In this document: positions 1-9,541 of the stretch, piece after piece
How the letters are laid out: each line of letters starts with the position of its first letter
Position numbering within the stretch: the first letter of the stretch is position 1
NCBI GenBank assembly: GCA_036785375.1
Contig: JAWMAR010000427.1
Coordinates: 1-64,000 of the forward strand
Length of the DNA stretch: 64,000 bases
DNA from: Leucoraja ocellata
Lineage: Eukaryota
Direction: 5' to 3'
Notes under the pieces: model-generated
The model's input: only the letters and a program-made list of their open reading frames with translations
Databases searched by the model: none
What the model was told of the DNA's origin: nothing
Made by a program: the position numbers and the translations under genes

Positions 1-470
1 GGTAAAAATAGAGGGAAGGGGTGTTTGTAGATTAGTTATATACAATTGGGAGAATTCAATTTGTTGGGTTGTAAGCTATCCAAGTGGACAATGAGGTGCT
101 GTGCCTCCAGTTTGTGTGCGCTCATTATGGTGATGGTGATGGCCCAGGACAGAAGGGTAAATATGGGTAGGGAGGAACTGCAGATGCTGGTTTAAATCGA
201 AGATGGACACAACAAGCTGGAGTAACTCAGCGGGACAGGCAGCAGCTCTGGAGAGAAGGAATGGGTGAGGTTTTGGGTCGAGACCCTTCTTCAAACTGAA
301 AGTCATGGGAAAGGGAAACCAGAGATATAAACCGTCTTTCGTTATATCTCCCATTTCCCTTTCCGTGACTTTCAGTCTGACGAAGGGTCCCCACCTGAAA
401 CGTCACCCAGTCCTTCTCTCCAGAGATGCTGCCTGTCCCGCTGAGTTAGTTCAGCTTTTTGTGTCTCTCT
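1..470. mobile_element. Penelope-like element C-terminal fragment (- strand, 1-165) followed by an inverted pair of Penelope-type terminal repeats (~200-331 / 341-470)
   Basis: - strand decayed SVLG..HNE..KLEEQHLI..LGSLQP..NIEFS-type tail; the two arms are reverse complements around a short loop at ~332-340. Confidence 0.7.
367..412 (+). ncRNA. Minimal type I hammerhead-like motif of a Penelope-like repeat
   Basis: CUGACGA (377-383) - A GGGU CCCC ACCU - GAAAC GUC^ (397-404); the best-preserved core among >15 decayed copies in the window. Confidence 0.5.
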
Positions 471-928
471 AAGGTAAATATGGGAAAGGCGGAAAGGAAT
501 CAGATGGGACTGGAGGTGGGATCACATTGAAGACGGAGAAAGAGAGAGATGTAGTGGGAGAGGAAAAAGAACAGGGGGGGAAGGGGTTGAGGGGAGAGTG
601 AGAAGGTGACAGGGAGAGAAAGATGTAGTGGCAGGGAGAGGATGAAATGGGAGAAAGAGGGAGGAAAAGAAAGAAATAGATGGTGAGGGAGGAGAAGGAG
701 AAGAGAAAGAGAGGGTGGAGGAAGAGTGAGTGAGGGAGGGAGGGGTACAGCAAGATGGAGGGAGGGGGGAGATGGAGGTACAGTGTCCTCTGACAGTCAG
801 ACACGCGGTGTGTGCGTCCTCACCGGCCGGTTGGGCCCGGTGTTAGTGTATGAACAGTCCGCGACCCGTTGCAGTGCTCTGTGGACTGGTCTGGACTAAC
901 CAGTGTCCTCTCTCACCACCTTGTGCAG

Positions 929-1088
929 TAACATGGCGGACGCGTTGGCCAGTGCCACCTGTGGCCACTGCCGCTCGCACTTTGACCCCACGGAGCGGAT
1001 TGTCAACAGCAATGGGGAGCTGTACCACGAGAAGTGCTTTGTGTGTGCGCAGTGCTTCCAGCAGTTCCCAGGAGGCGTGTTTTATGAG
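929..1088 (+). CDS. LIMS2: LIMS2/PINCH2 coding exon (LIM1, first part); ATG at 933, upstream exon lies outside the window
   Basis: ttgtgcag|T AAC ATG GCG GAC ... TTT TAT GAG|gtaag; 160 nt; encodes [14 protein letters not shown]...[31 protein letters not shown], clearly PINCH LIM1. LIMS2 rather than LIMS1 from synteny (nested GPR17, convergent MYO7B) and residues such as NALGK, CKRCY, LKKLSE. Confidence 0.95.
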
Positions 1089-1904
1089 GTAAGACCCACA
1101 CATCTTTCTCCCAGGGGCCGACAGAGTCGTACGTTGAATCCCCAACAGAAGGTTATGCTGCAAGTGCTGAGAAATGGGATGAGTGTGGAGCTACTTGTGC
1201 CAGCATGGAGTCAGTGGGCCGAAGGGCTTGTTTCTGTGACTCTGGAACCAGGAACACTGGCTGGCTGGGTCACTGATAAATAGAATTATACTGCAGATGC
1301 CGGAAATCTGAAATAAAACCGATAATGCTGGAAACACTCAACAGGTCATGCTGCATCTGCGATGACAGAAACGGGGTTAATGTTTCACATCCGGGATCTT
1401 TTTTCAGAACTGTGAAAGAGTCAATACGCTCAACTCCCCCCAACACATAACACCACTGGCCCATGCACGAGGGGCGATTTACAGCTGCTGATTAACCCAC
1501 CAACCCACAAGCCTCTGGCATGTGGGAGGAATCCAGAGCACCCTGGGGAACTCACACGGTCTCAACAGAGAACATGCAACCTTCAAACTGACAGCATCCG
1601 GGGTCAGGATTGAACCAGGTTCTCTGGAGCTGTGATGCAGCGGCACTACCAGCTGCGCACTATGGCACCCATTAAATGGCAGGAGTGTGCTCATCACGTT
1701 CCCAATGTGAACTCACGCTGCAGGTCCTTAGACCTTTCCTTCTTGTGCTTCACACCCTCATCTTCTGCAGACCCTCTCCCTCCTCTGATCAAAATGATTC
1801 CCAAGGCACCAGGCTCCCCTTGAAACCAGCTATCTCTGCGCCTGCCTGACATCCCCAGGCTCAGGGCTCCAGCGAGCTGATGATTCTTCTTTACTTTATT
1901 TCAG

Positions 1905-1971
1905 TTTGAAGGAAGGATGTACTGTGAACACGACTTCCAGATGCTGTTCGCTCCCTGCTGTGGACAGTGTG
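1905..1971 (+). CDS. LIMS2: LIMS2 coding exon (end of LIM1/start of LIM2)
   Basis: tttatttcag|TTT GAA GGA AGG ATG TAC TGT GAA CAC GAC...CAG TGT G|gtgag; 67 nt; [22 protein letters not shown]. Confidence 0.95.
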
Positions 1972-2848
1972 GTGAGGACTTAATTCCAGCTGTTTGTCAG
2001 TGAGGATCAGTTTGTGTGCGTGCGTGCATTTGTGTGCGCGTGTGTAAGGCTGGCACACCTGTTATGTATGTGTATGTCAGTTTATCTGTTTATGTGAATG
2101 TGTGGCATATCTACACGCGTTTCCATGTATGACGTGCCCTTGTGTGTATTTCACGTGCAAACTATGCTCGTGTGTGTGTGCGTGATGTGCTGGTGTGTGT
2201 GTGTGTGCGTGATCTGCTGGTGTGCATGTGTGTTTATTTCGTGTGCATGATGTGCTGGGTGTGTGTATGTTCCATGTGCATGATGTGCTGGTTTGTATGT
2301 TGTATGTGAGTGAAACACTTGTCTGTGTACTCTACGTGTTGCGTGTACTGCTGTGCGTGTCTGCATGTATATATGAACGTGTATATAAGCAAACGTGCGT
2401 GGACACGGGTCTTTGTGCATGTGTACGTTCCCTTGCATCTCTTCATCTGTACCAGTCCCTTCCCTCTTCAACAAACGTATCCGCTCCATTGATATGACTT
2501 ACCCTTTCCTCTCTGGTTCCTCCACCCTGCTTCCCCTGCAGAGATGATGACAATATTGGGAGGATAAGAAATGGGACCAATGTAGTAGATTTAAATGAGT
2601 GGTTGATGGTCAGCATGAACTAAGTGGGCCGAAGGGCCTGTTTCCATGCTGTATCTCTTTATGTATCATTTTTCTGGTCATGTCTGTGACGGACTCCTGC
2701 AGGTCTGTGCGGGATGACCTTCACTGTTGGGTGTGGACATCCACATTCTTCCTCCGCCCTACACTGTGGGAGAGGGAGGCAGTGACACACAGCGGGATTG
2801 TTGCCGGCGTCTCGTGGGTATTCACTGCCTTTCCTTGTGCCTGTCCAG

Positions 2849-2969
2849 GAGAGTTTATCATTGGCCGTGTCATCAAGGCAATGAACAACAACTGGCACCC
2901 GGACTGCTTCTGCTGCGAGATCTGCTCGGTGGCCTTGGCGGACCTGGGTTTTGTGAAGAATGAGGACAG
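2849..2969 (+). CDS. LIMS2: LIMS2 coding exon (LIM2)
   Basis: ctgtccag|GA GAG TTT ATC...GAG GAC AG|gtagg; 121 nt; [40 protein letters not shown]. Confidence 0.95.
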
Positions 2970-3874
2970 GTAGGCTCACAGCCCAGTGGGCAAGATAAAC
3001 ACACTGGGGTTTTCCGTGTCTGTGGAGGAGGGTCTCAGAGATCGCAAGTCCATGGGCCTGGAGGAGATCATCGGGCCTTGGCCTGGACACTCAAGGTGTG
3101 GTTGGCCATTATTTTGCATGGAAATATTTGATGTGTGACACAATGACAGAAACACTCACCAGGTCAGGCAGTGTCTGTGAGGAATGAAACAGAGTCAATA
3201 TTTCAGCTGTTATAGAGTCATTCAGGGATACAGATGGGAAGCAGGCCCTTCGGCCCATCAAGGCCACGCTGGCCATCAACCACCCTTTACACTAATCTTA
3301 CACTGAGCCCATTTTTAATTCATCCTTCATGCTCATCAACTGCCCCTCGATCCTACCAATCACCCACCCACCCACCCACGAGGGGAAATTTATAGTGGCT
3401 AATTAACCTACTAACCTGTATGTCTGTGGGACATGGGAGGGGAAACCCATGTGGTCATGGGGAGAACATATAAACTCCACGTAGACAGCACTGGAAGTCA
3501 GGATTGAAGACGGTTCTCTGTGAGGCAGCAGTTCGACCAGCCATGACAATGTGCCATACTTGATGGGTTACTCTCTCCATGCATACTGCCTGACCAGCTG
3601 AGTGTTTCGGACTTGCTCCCAGCCTGAGCGTGGTTTCCCCTGGCAACAGTGAGCTGCACTTCCAATCGATTGAACAGAGCTGAGGTGTTGGTGTTGAAGG
3701 GGAGGGGTAAATATTGAGCTGGAACCTGAGTAAGCCTCTGCTTTTCCACAAATCCATAGCAGCTTGCTGAGGTAGAGCAGACCTCTGCTGAATGGTACAT
3801 CAGCGTTATGTCCTGCAATATTTGCCTGGACTGTAGTTCTAACTCCAAGCTGGTGGAGGCTCCATTCATATTAA

Positions 3875-4160
3875 AAGAACCAGGGGCCACAGTCTTAGAA
3901 TAAAGGAGAGGTCATTTAAAACTGAGGTGAGAAAAAACGTTTTCACCCAGAGAGTTGTGAATTTATGGAATTCCCTGCCACAGAGGGCAGTAGAGGCCAA
4001 GTCACTGGATGGATTTAAGAGAGAGTTAGATAGAGCTCTAGGGGCTAGTGGAGTCAAGAGATATGGGGAAAAGGCAGGCACGGGTTATTGATCACAATGA
4101 ATGGCGGTGCTGGCTCGAAGTGCCGAACGGCCTCTTCTTGCACCTATTTTCTATGTTTCT
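3875..4160 (+). mobile_element. CR1/HER1-type LINE 3' fragment
   Basis: ORF2 C-terminal RTRGHSLRI..FFTQRVVNLWNSLP-type sequence, 3' UTR ending ...cacctattttctatgtttcta; near-identical copies at 54045-54337 (+) and 44577-44786 (-). Confidence 0.85.
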
Positions 4161-4200
4161 AAAAGGAAATGAGGTTACCAGCTGCCATTTTTCATCCGTT

Positions 4201-4206
4201 TTTATT
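4201..4206 (-). terminator. Candidate GPR17 polyadenylation signal (AATAAA on - strand)
   Basis: + strand TTTATT in an AT-rich unique region with several minus-strand TGTA motifs upstream of it; another TTTATT near 6128 is an alternative. Confidence 0.3.
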
Positions 4207-7200
4207 CACAAATAACTTTTTACACACAAAGAATTTTGATGATGCAGAAATGATGGTCTCTCCTTACTTTTCGAAAATGATAGTTAAGTTGTTAAAAAAA
4301 AGACAAATGTATCGATCAATGGAAATATTGTACACAAATCAAAATAATATACAGGATAATCATTATCTGGGCAAACAGCAAAAAGCTTGGTCTGATCGTG
4401 CGGAGCAGGAAGTAGTCAGACCCTTGTGCCGCAGGACTGGAGCTGATGTATCAGACTACACGTGGCAACAATACAGCTCTCTTGTAGTCTCTCTCACAGA
4501 ACAAACATGATGAGTGCAAGTTGTTACACCGAGTGTAAGAGTGAGGGTCAGGTGTGTTATGACCAGAGTAACAGTGAGACCAAACAGAGGTTCGCTGATA
4601 AGGCAAACAGTAAAAAAATATACAAAGTGATTGGTGCCAGCCATTGAACAACTCATACCGAGTCAGGTGATTGTGATATAGAGGGGTAGAAGGTGTGAAA
4701 GTTTGGGGGTGTGCGTGAGGGGGGGGGGGGGGGGGGGGGTGATTGTGAGGATGTGAAGGGTGGGGTTGAGATAGGCTGTTTTAACCACAGAGCCTGGGGG
4801 TGGAGTGTTGGCTGGGTGATGTACACTGAGAAAGCTGAGGTCAAGGAGCTGTAACACTGGGAGCGTTACAGATGGAATGGTGAAATATTGGGAATATCAT
4901 CGGAGATAATATTGTAACACTGGGAATGTGATATTGTGACTGAGAATTGTGATAGGGGTGTAATGCTAAGAGTGTTGGTGACGGTGTTTGTTGTACAAGG
5001 GTTAGACAGCAATTGTGCATTTTATGTAACTTTAAGTCCGGAGAATATGATTGTTATCATTTCTCATTGAACTGACTTAACTTGCAATGAGCAGGTATAC
5101 AAAGTTAGGCATCGTATCATGGGCAGGGATGTGGGTTCCATGGTTTGCCTGGTGAGAGAAAACCTTCCAACGTTCCCACGTTGTCATCTAAATACCGGCA
5201 TCCAATATCAGATATGAGAAGAGGCTTAAACGACTCTTAGACGGGCAGGGGTGTTGTGGAGGCTTTCCCAGCCATGCTAAAGGAAAGGACCAAAGCATGT
5301 GGGATAAATGGGACCAAGCCATCAATGTCCAATCAATCCTCTCACATTAGTGCTGCCCCTCTGCCCACAGAGCTATATATGTGGGGCTACATACAGGAAG
5401 CCTATGTAAGTAGTCTGGAGTTTCCAATTAAGAAAACAAAAATCAGAGGTATGGGGCTGGAACTTTGATACTGTGTACGAACTGAGTATTAGACATATCG
5501 GTTGCTGGTACAGGGAGAGTTATTGAAAATTAATTAAGATGCTGAAGCGTTATTGGAAGAATTGGTAATGAAGGGGACAGAGCGAGGATTCTCACTGGGA
5601 GGAGATGTTCAGCTGAAGGATTGGGACAGCCCTGTTTATGATGGGCTGAATGGCATCACTGAGTGCCATGCTTGCAGTAATTGAACGGTACCCTTTGTTG
5701 AGTTGATTTCATTGTACAAGTTGATTGCAAAATGCTGCTGGAAACTAAAACCAGCCGGAAAGGACTTTAGCTCCTTGAGGAACTGCAGAGTAAACGTGGA
5801 CCTGAACACAATGAAACTGAAGGCATGTCAAAACCCACGCCCAACATTTGCTTTAAAAACTTACTTTTGCCTGCTGTCTGTGAGCAGTGGAAAAGAGCTG
5901 TGGATTTTGTAAAAAAAAAACCCAGTACAACAGTACTGCTGCACAGAAAACAGTCCCACTGCAGGCAACCAATGTGCTGAAATAATTACCACACCATGTC
6001 ACAAAGTCAACACAGGAAGAACAGTCAATGACAGGATATACTCAAGCAGCACACTAACCCTGCTGTAGACGAGTTCAGCCAATGTGTGGCCGCTTTGTAA
6101 CATTTAACAGGATGTGGTGTGCATTTGTTTATTTTCTTGTGGATTTGGTCCATGACTCTACATGCTCAATGTCTTCCCAAAGCAAGGTGGACACATCGAT
6201 CGACCCATTAGTTAGAGCTGATAACCAACCCCATAGAGATAGCAAACTGTGTGAAGGGGACCCGGTGTTGAAGTGGATTCAGTGGCAGGTTGATGCTAAG
6301 CAACAAGCAGCCAGGGAGCAGTTTCTTTGTACAGAGTTTGTACGTTCTCCCCGTGACCACGTGACGTTTTCTCCAGGTGCTCCGGTTTCAGCCCACACTC
6401 CAAAGACATACAGGTTTGTAGATTAATTGGCTTCAGTAAGTTGTAAAAATTGTTCCTAGTATGTAGGATAGTGCAAGTGTACGGGGTGATCGCTGGTGGG
6501 TCGAAGGGCCTGTTTCCGCACTGTATCTCTAAAGTCTAAAAAGTCTAAGGTAAAGATGATCAGATCCCATGCAGCACTGGCTGACCTGGGGAGGTGAAGA
6601 AGAATCCATCGCTCAATGGGATTCTGCACTCTGCCTGGGGAAAGAAGCTTGCTTTGATTTCTTCCTTCAGTTTGACAAATGCCCGTAGACTGACTCTACG
6701 TTTAACTTTACAAGTTAAAGAACATTTTGCAGGGCAATTGTGCTAATTCCAAGAGCCCAGCTTGACGCTTGCTGGAAGGGTCTGTAGCACAAGAACTTTG
6801 TACCCCTCCCGCACTGCCTCCAGAAGAGGGAAAGTAGTCTTCTGGGTTGTTTCCCATCCTCCTGCCCTGTGGCTGGCTGTTCCCCAGTTGGCCGAGGGAT
6901 CCGTTGTATAATTCACGTGCAGAACAACTGAGAAAACTACATCCCCAACTTGCCCACCCGACTGTCCATCCCCACCCACCGCTCACCCTGCACCACCACC
7001 TCACCCCACGGCAGCTCAGGGAAAGTTTGTGTTGATGATTCCAGCATCACCATTTTTTTTACAGTTAGCTCCTTCATTTAGGTTGTCTCTCAATGTCAAG
7101 ATCAGCGACACAGGTCCATAAATGCAGCTGCTGTTACTGTGTCCATCTGTGATGTCACCTAGAATAGGATATTTCAATGATAACATCTGCCGAGTGCCAG

Positions 7201-7711
7201 CCTCCAAAAAATCAGGTATCGTCCTGGGTCTATTCAGAGTTTCACAGATGAGTTCTTCCACACCTATCTCCGTCTCACTCCAAACGCCAACTACAGTCCC
7301 ACAGGTGTGATTTCACAATGGCTACAGGTTCAGCACTGCGGACCCATTGGGCTGTCTCTGGTGTCACACTGATTCACATCAAATCGATTTGCATCATCAG
7401 ATGCACTCTTCAGCATGTCCATATTGTAATGACTTAGATATTAACCTTGTGAATTAACAAATTCAACTTAACTGCTTAACAAATACGTGCAGACATCAAT
7501 CTGACACACAAACACAACAACTACCACTACACACATACAAACCTTGTATACAACAACCTTGCACCTACACTACAATCACACGCACTTACCAACATAGACT
7601 CCAACCTCTCACACATACTTCTACCTCACATTCTTACACACCAACCAAACACATACTAAAAACGTATACATGTCTCTCACTCACACACGCAACAATCTGT
7701 CAAACCAAATG

Positions 7712-8200
7712 TGTGGGAAGGAACTGCAGATGTGGGTTTAAACCGAAGATAGACACGAAAATCTGGAGTAACTCAAGCGGGTCAGTCCAAACGCAAATTG
7801 GAGGAACAGCATCTTATATTGGGCAGCTTACAACCCAGTGGCATGAATAGTGATTTCTCTAACTTCAAGTAAGCCATGCATCCCCTCTCTCTCCATCCCC
7901 ATCCTCATCATCATAATGGTTTCACTGTTGTCCTGTTGAGTTTCACTAGATGTACAACTTGTTATTACTTAGCCTGCCAACTATGGACCATTGTGGGCTC
8001 CACCTTTGTTTGATCATCGTTACTTTTTGCATATCTTTCATTCATTTGTTCCATATCTCTCTAAATCACAATCGATATCTCTCATTTCCCTTTCCCCGAC
8101 TCTCAGTCTGAAGAAGGGTCTCGTCCCCATACGTCTCGCATTCCTTTTCTCCAGAGATGTTGCCTGACCTGCTGAGTTACTCCAGCTTTTTGTGTCTTTC
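7712..8200 (+). mobile_element. Penelope-like element 3' end (ORF C-terminus + UTR + decayed hammerhead) preceded by an inverted terminal copy
   Basis: 7791-7872 reads RKLEEQHLI-LGSLQPSGMNSDFSNFK*; continues to ctgaagaagggtctcgtcc (8108) and the shared gagatg(c/t)tgcctgacc..gagttactccagc tail; reverse copy at 7712-7785. Confidence 0.75.
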
Positions 8201-8244
8201 ATTGAATCACTCATACCAGCCTGACACACACTAGTCTCACACAC

Positions 8245-8375
8245 ACAACATGCTCACATACATAGACATGCCCAAACCCCACCCTCACATGCACACACAC
8301 ATGCACACATGCCAACATGCTCACATACATAGACATGCCCAAACCCCACCCTCACATGCGCACACACACACACAT

Positions 8376-8435
<60 letters not shown>

Positions 8436-8470
8436 ACACAACATGCTCACATACATAGACATGCCCAAAC
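8245..8470. repeat. (CA)n microsatellite with three copies of a ~32-bp unit CAACATGCTCACATACATAGACATGCCCAAAC
   Basis: Units at ~8247, ~8313 and ~8439 separated by CA runs; directly 3' of the GPR17 stop. Confidence 0.9.
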
Positions 8471-8542
8471 GCCACCTGACACACCATTCACACCCCCTAC
8501 TGGCTGACTGTGGTATCGGGGGGCAGTTGCTTGGCGGCAGAG

Positions 8543-9541
8543 CTAGAGCTCGGACTTGCCGCTGAGCGAGCTCTCGTTGGTCTTGGTCTCGTGGCTGACG
8601 GACTGCGTCCTCTTCCTACGGCCGCATACGAAGTGGCAGAATCGCTCGCGGAACTTCTCGCCGACGAAGAAGTAGACGATGGGGTCGAGGCAGCTGTTGA
8701 GGCTGGTGAGGCAGGAGGTGATGCGGTTGCTGAGGGCCATCAGCCGCCGCTGCCGGCAGCCGACCTGCGCCGTGCCGCTGGTCAGGATGTAGAGATAGCG
8801 GTTGATGTGGTATGGCACAAAGCAGATGAGGAAGATGGTCAGCACCAGGATGATCATCTTGATGGCCTTGTCCTTCAGGTGCCTCTCGATGCGGTTGCCC
8901 CGGCGGAGGCTGTGGATGATGAGCAGGTAGCAGGTCACGGTGATCACGAAGGGAACCACAAAGCCCACCGTCAGGGGCACCAGGGCGAAGGTGGAGGTCT
9001 TCTCGCGGTAGAGCTGGAGGCAGACGGTGGTGGTGTTGCTGCTCTGTAGGGTCTGCGGCGCTCCCAGCATGGGAGCCACCCCCACCACCACCAACACCCA
9101 CAGCGCCACACAGGCCATGTTGGCATAGAGCGGCTTGCGGAAGCGCATGGACCTGACCGGGTAGACGATGGCCAGGAAGCGGTCGGCGCTGATGCAGGTG
9201 AGGAAGAAGATGCTGGCATACATGTTGAGGTAGAAGAGGAAGCCGGTGATGCGGCAAGGCACCTCGCCGAACGGCCAGTGGTTCTGGCTCAGGTGGTAGA
9301 CCATGCGCATGGGCAGGATCAGTACGTAGGACAGGTCGGCCACCGCCAGGTGCATCAGGTAGATGTTAGTGGTGGTGTTGGTGTTGTTGTCGCAGGAGAA
9401 GACCCACACAGCGAGGATGTTGCCCACAAACGCCAGCACAAACACCACCCCGTAGAAGGAGGAGAAGAAGAGGTTCTCCTCGGCACTCTCCTGGCCACAC
9501 TGTGGACCACTGGCATTGCTGGGCAGGAGGGGGTACGCCAT
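8543..9541 (-). CDS. GPR17: GPR17 (uracil-nucleotide/cysteinyl-leukotriene receptor-like class A GPCR), single coding exon, 332 aa from ATG at 9541
   Basis: 7-TM ORF with QCGQE N-terminus, HLAVADL, WPFGE, SADRFLAIV, CFVPYHINR (TM6 HxxR), LDPIVYFF and C-terminal KTNESSLSGKSEL, all hallmarks of GPR17; nested antisense in the LIMS2 intron as in mammals; splice acceptor ttgttttccag just upstream (exon starts at 9586). Confidence 0.96.
   Translation of the reverse strand: MAYPLLPSNASGPQCGQESAEENLFFSSFYGVVFVLAFVGNILAVWVFSCDNNTNTTTNIYLMHLAVADLSYVLILPMRMVYHLSQNHWPFGEVPCRITGFLFYLNMYASIFFLTCISADRFLAIVYPVRSMRFRKPLYANMACVALWVLVVVGVAPMLGAPQTLQSSNTTTVCLQLYREKTSTFALVPLTVGFVVPFVITVTCYLLIIHSLRRGNRIERHLKDKAIKMIILVLTIFLICFVPYHINRYLYILTSGTAQVGCRQRRLMALSNRITSCLTSLNSCLDPIVYFFVGEKFRERFCHFVCGRRKRTQSVSHETKTNESSLSGKSEL

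Noticed and set aside
2151-2497. His/Thr- and Cys/Val-rich ORFs (also 8250-8565, 25583-26206, 29951-30369, 37794-38000)
   Set aside because: Translations of TG/CA microsatellite-like DNA.
4718-4739. Long poly-G runs (also ~13398, 16956, 45482, 48461, 55647, 59970)
   Set aside because: Common homopolymers of uncertain assembled length; G-quadruplex potential alone is not evidence of function.
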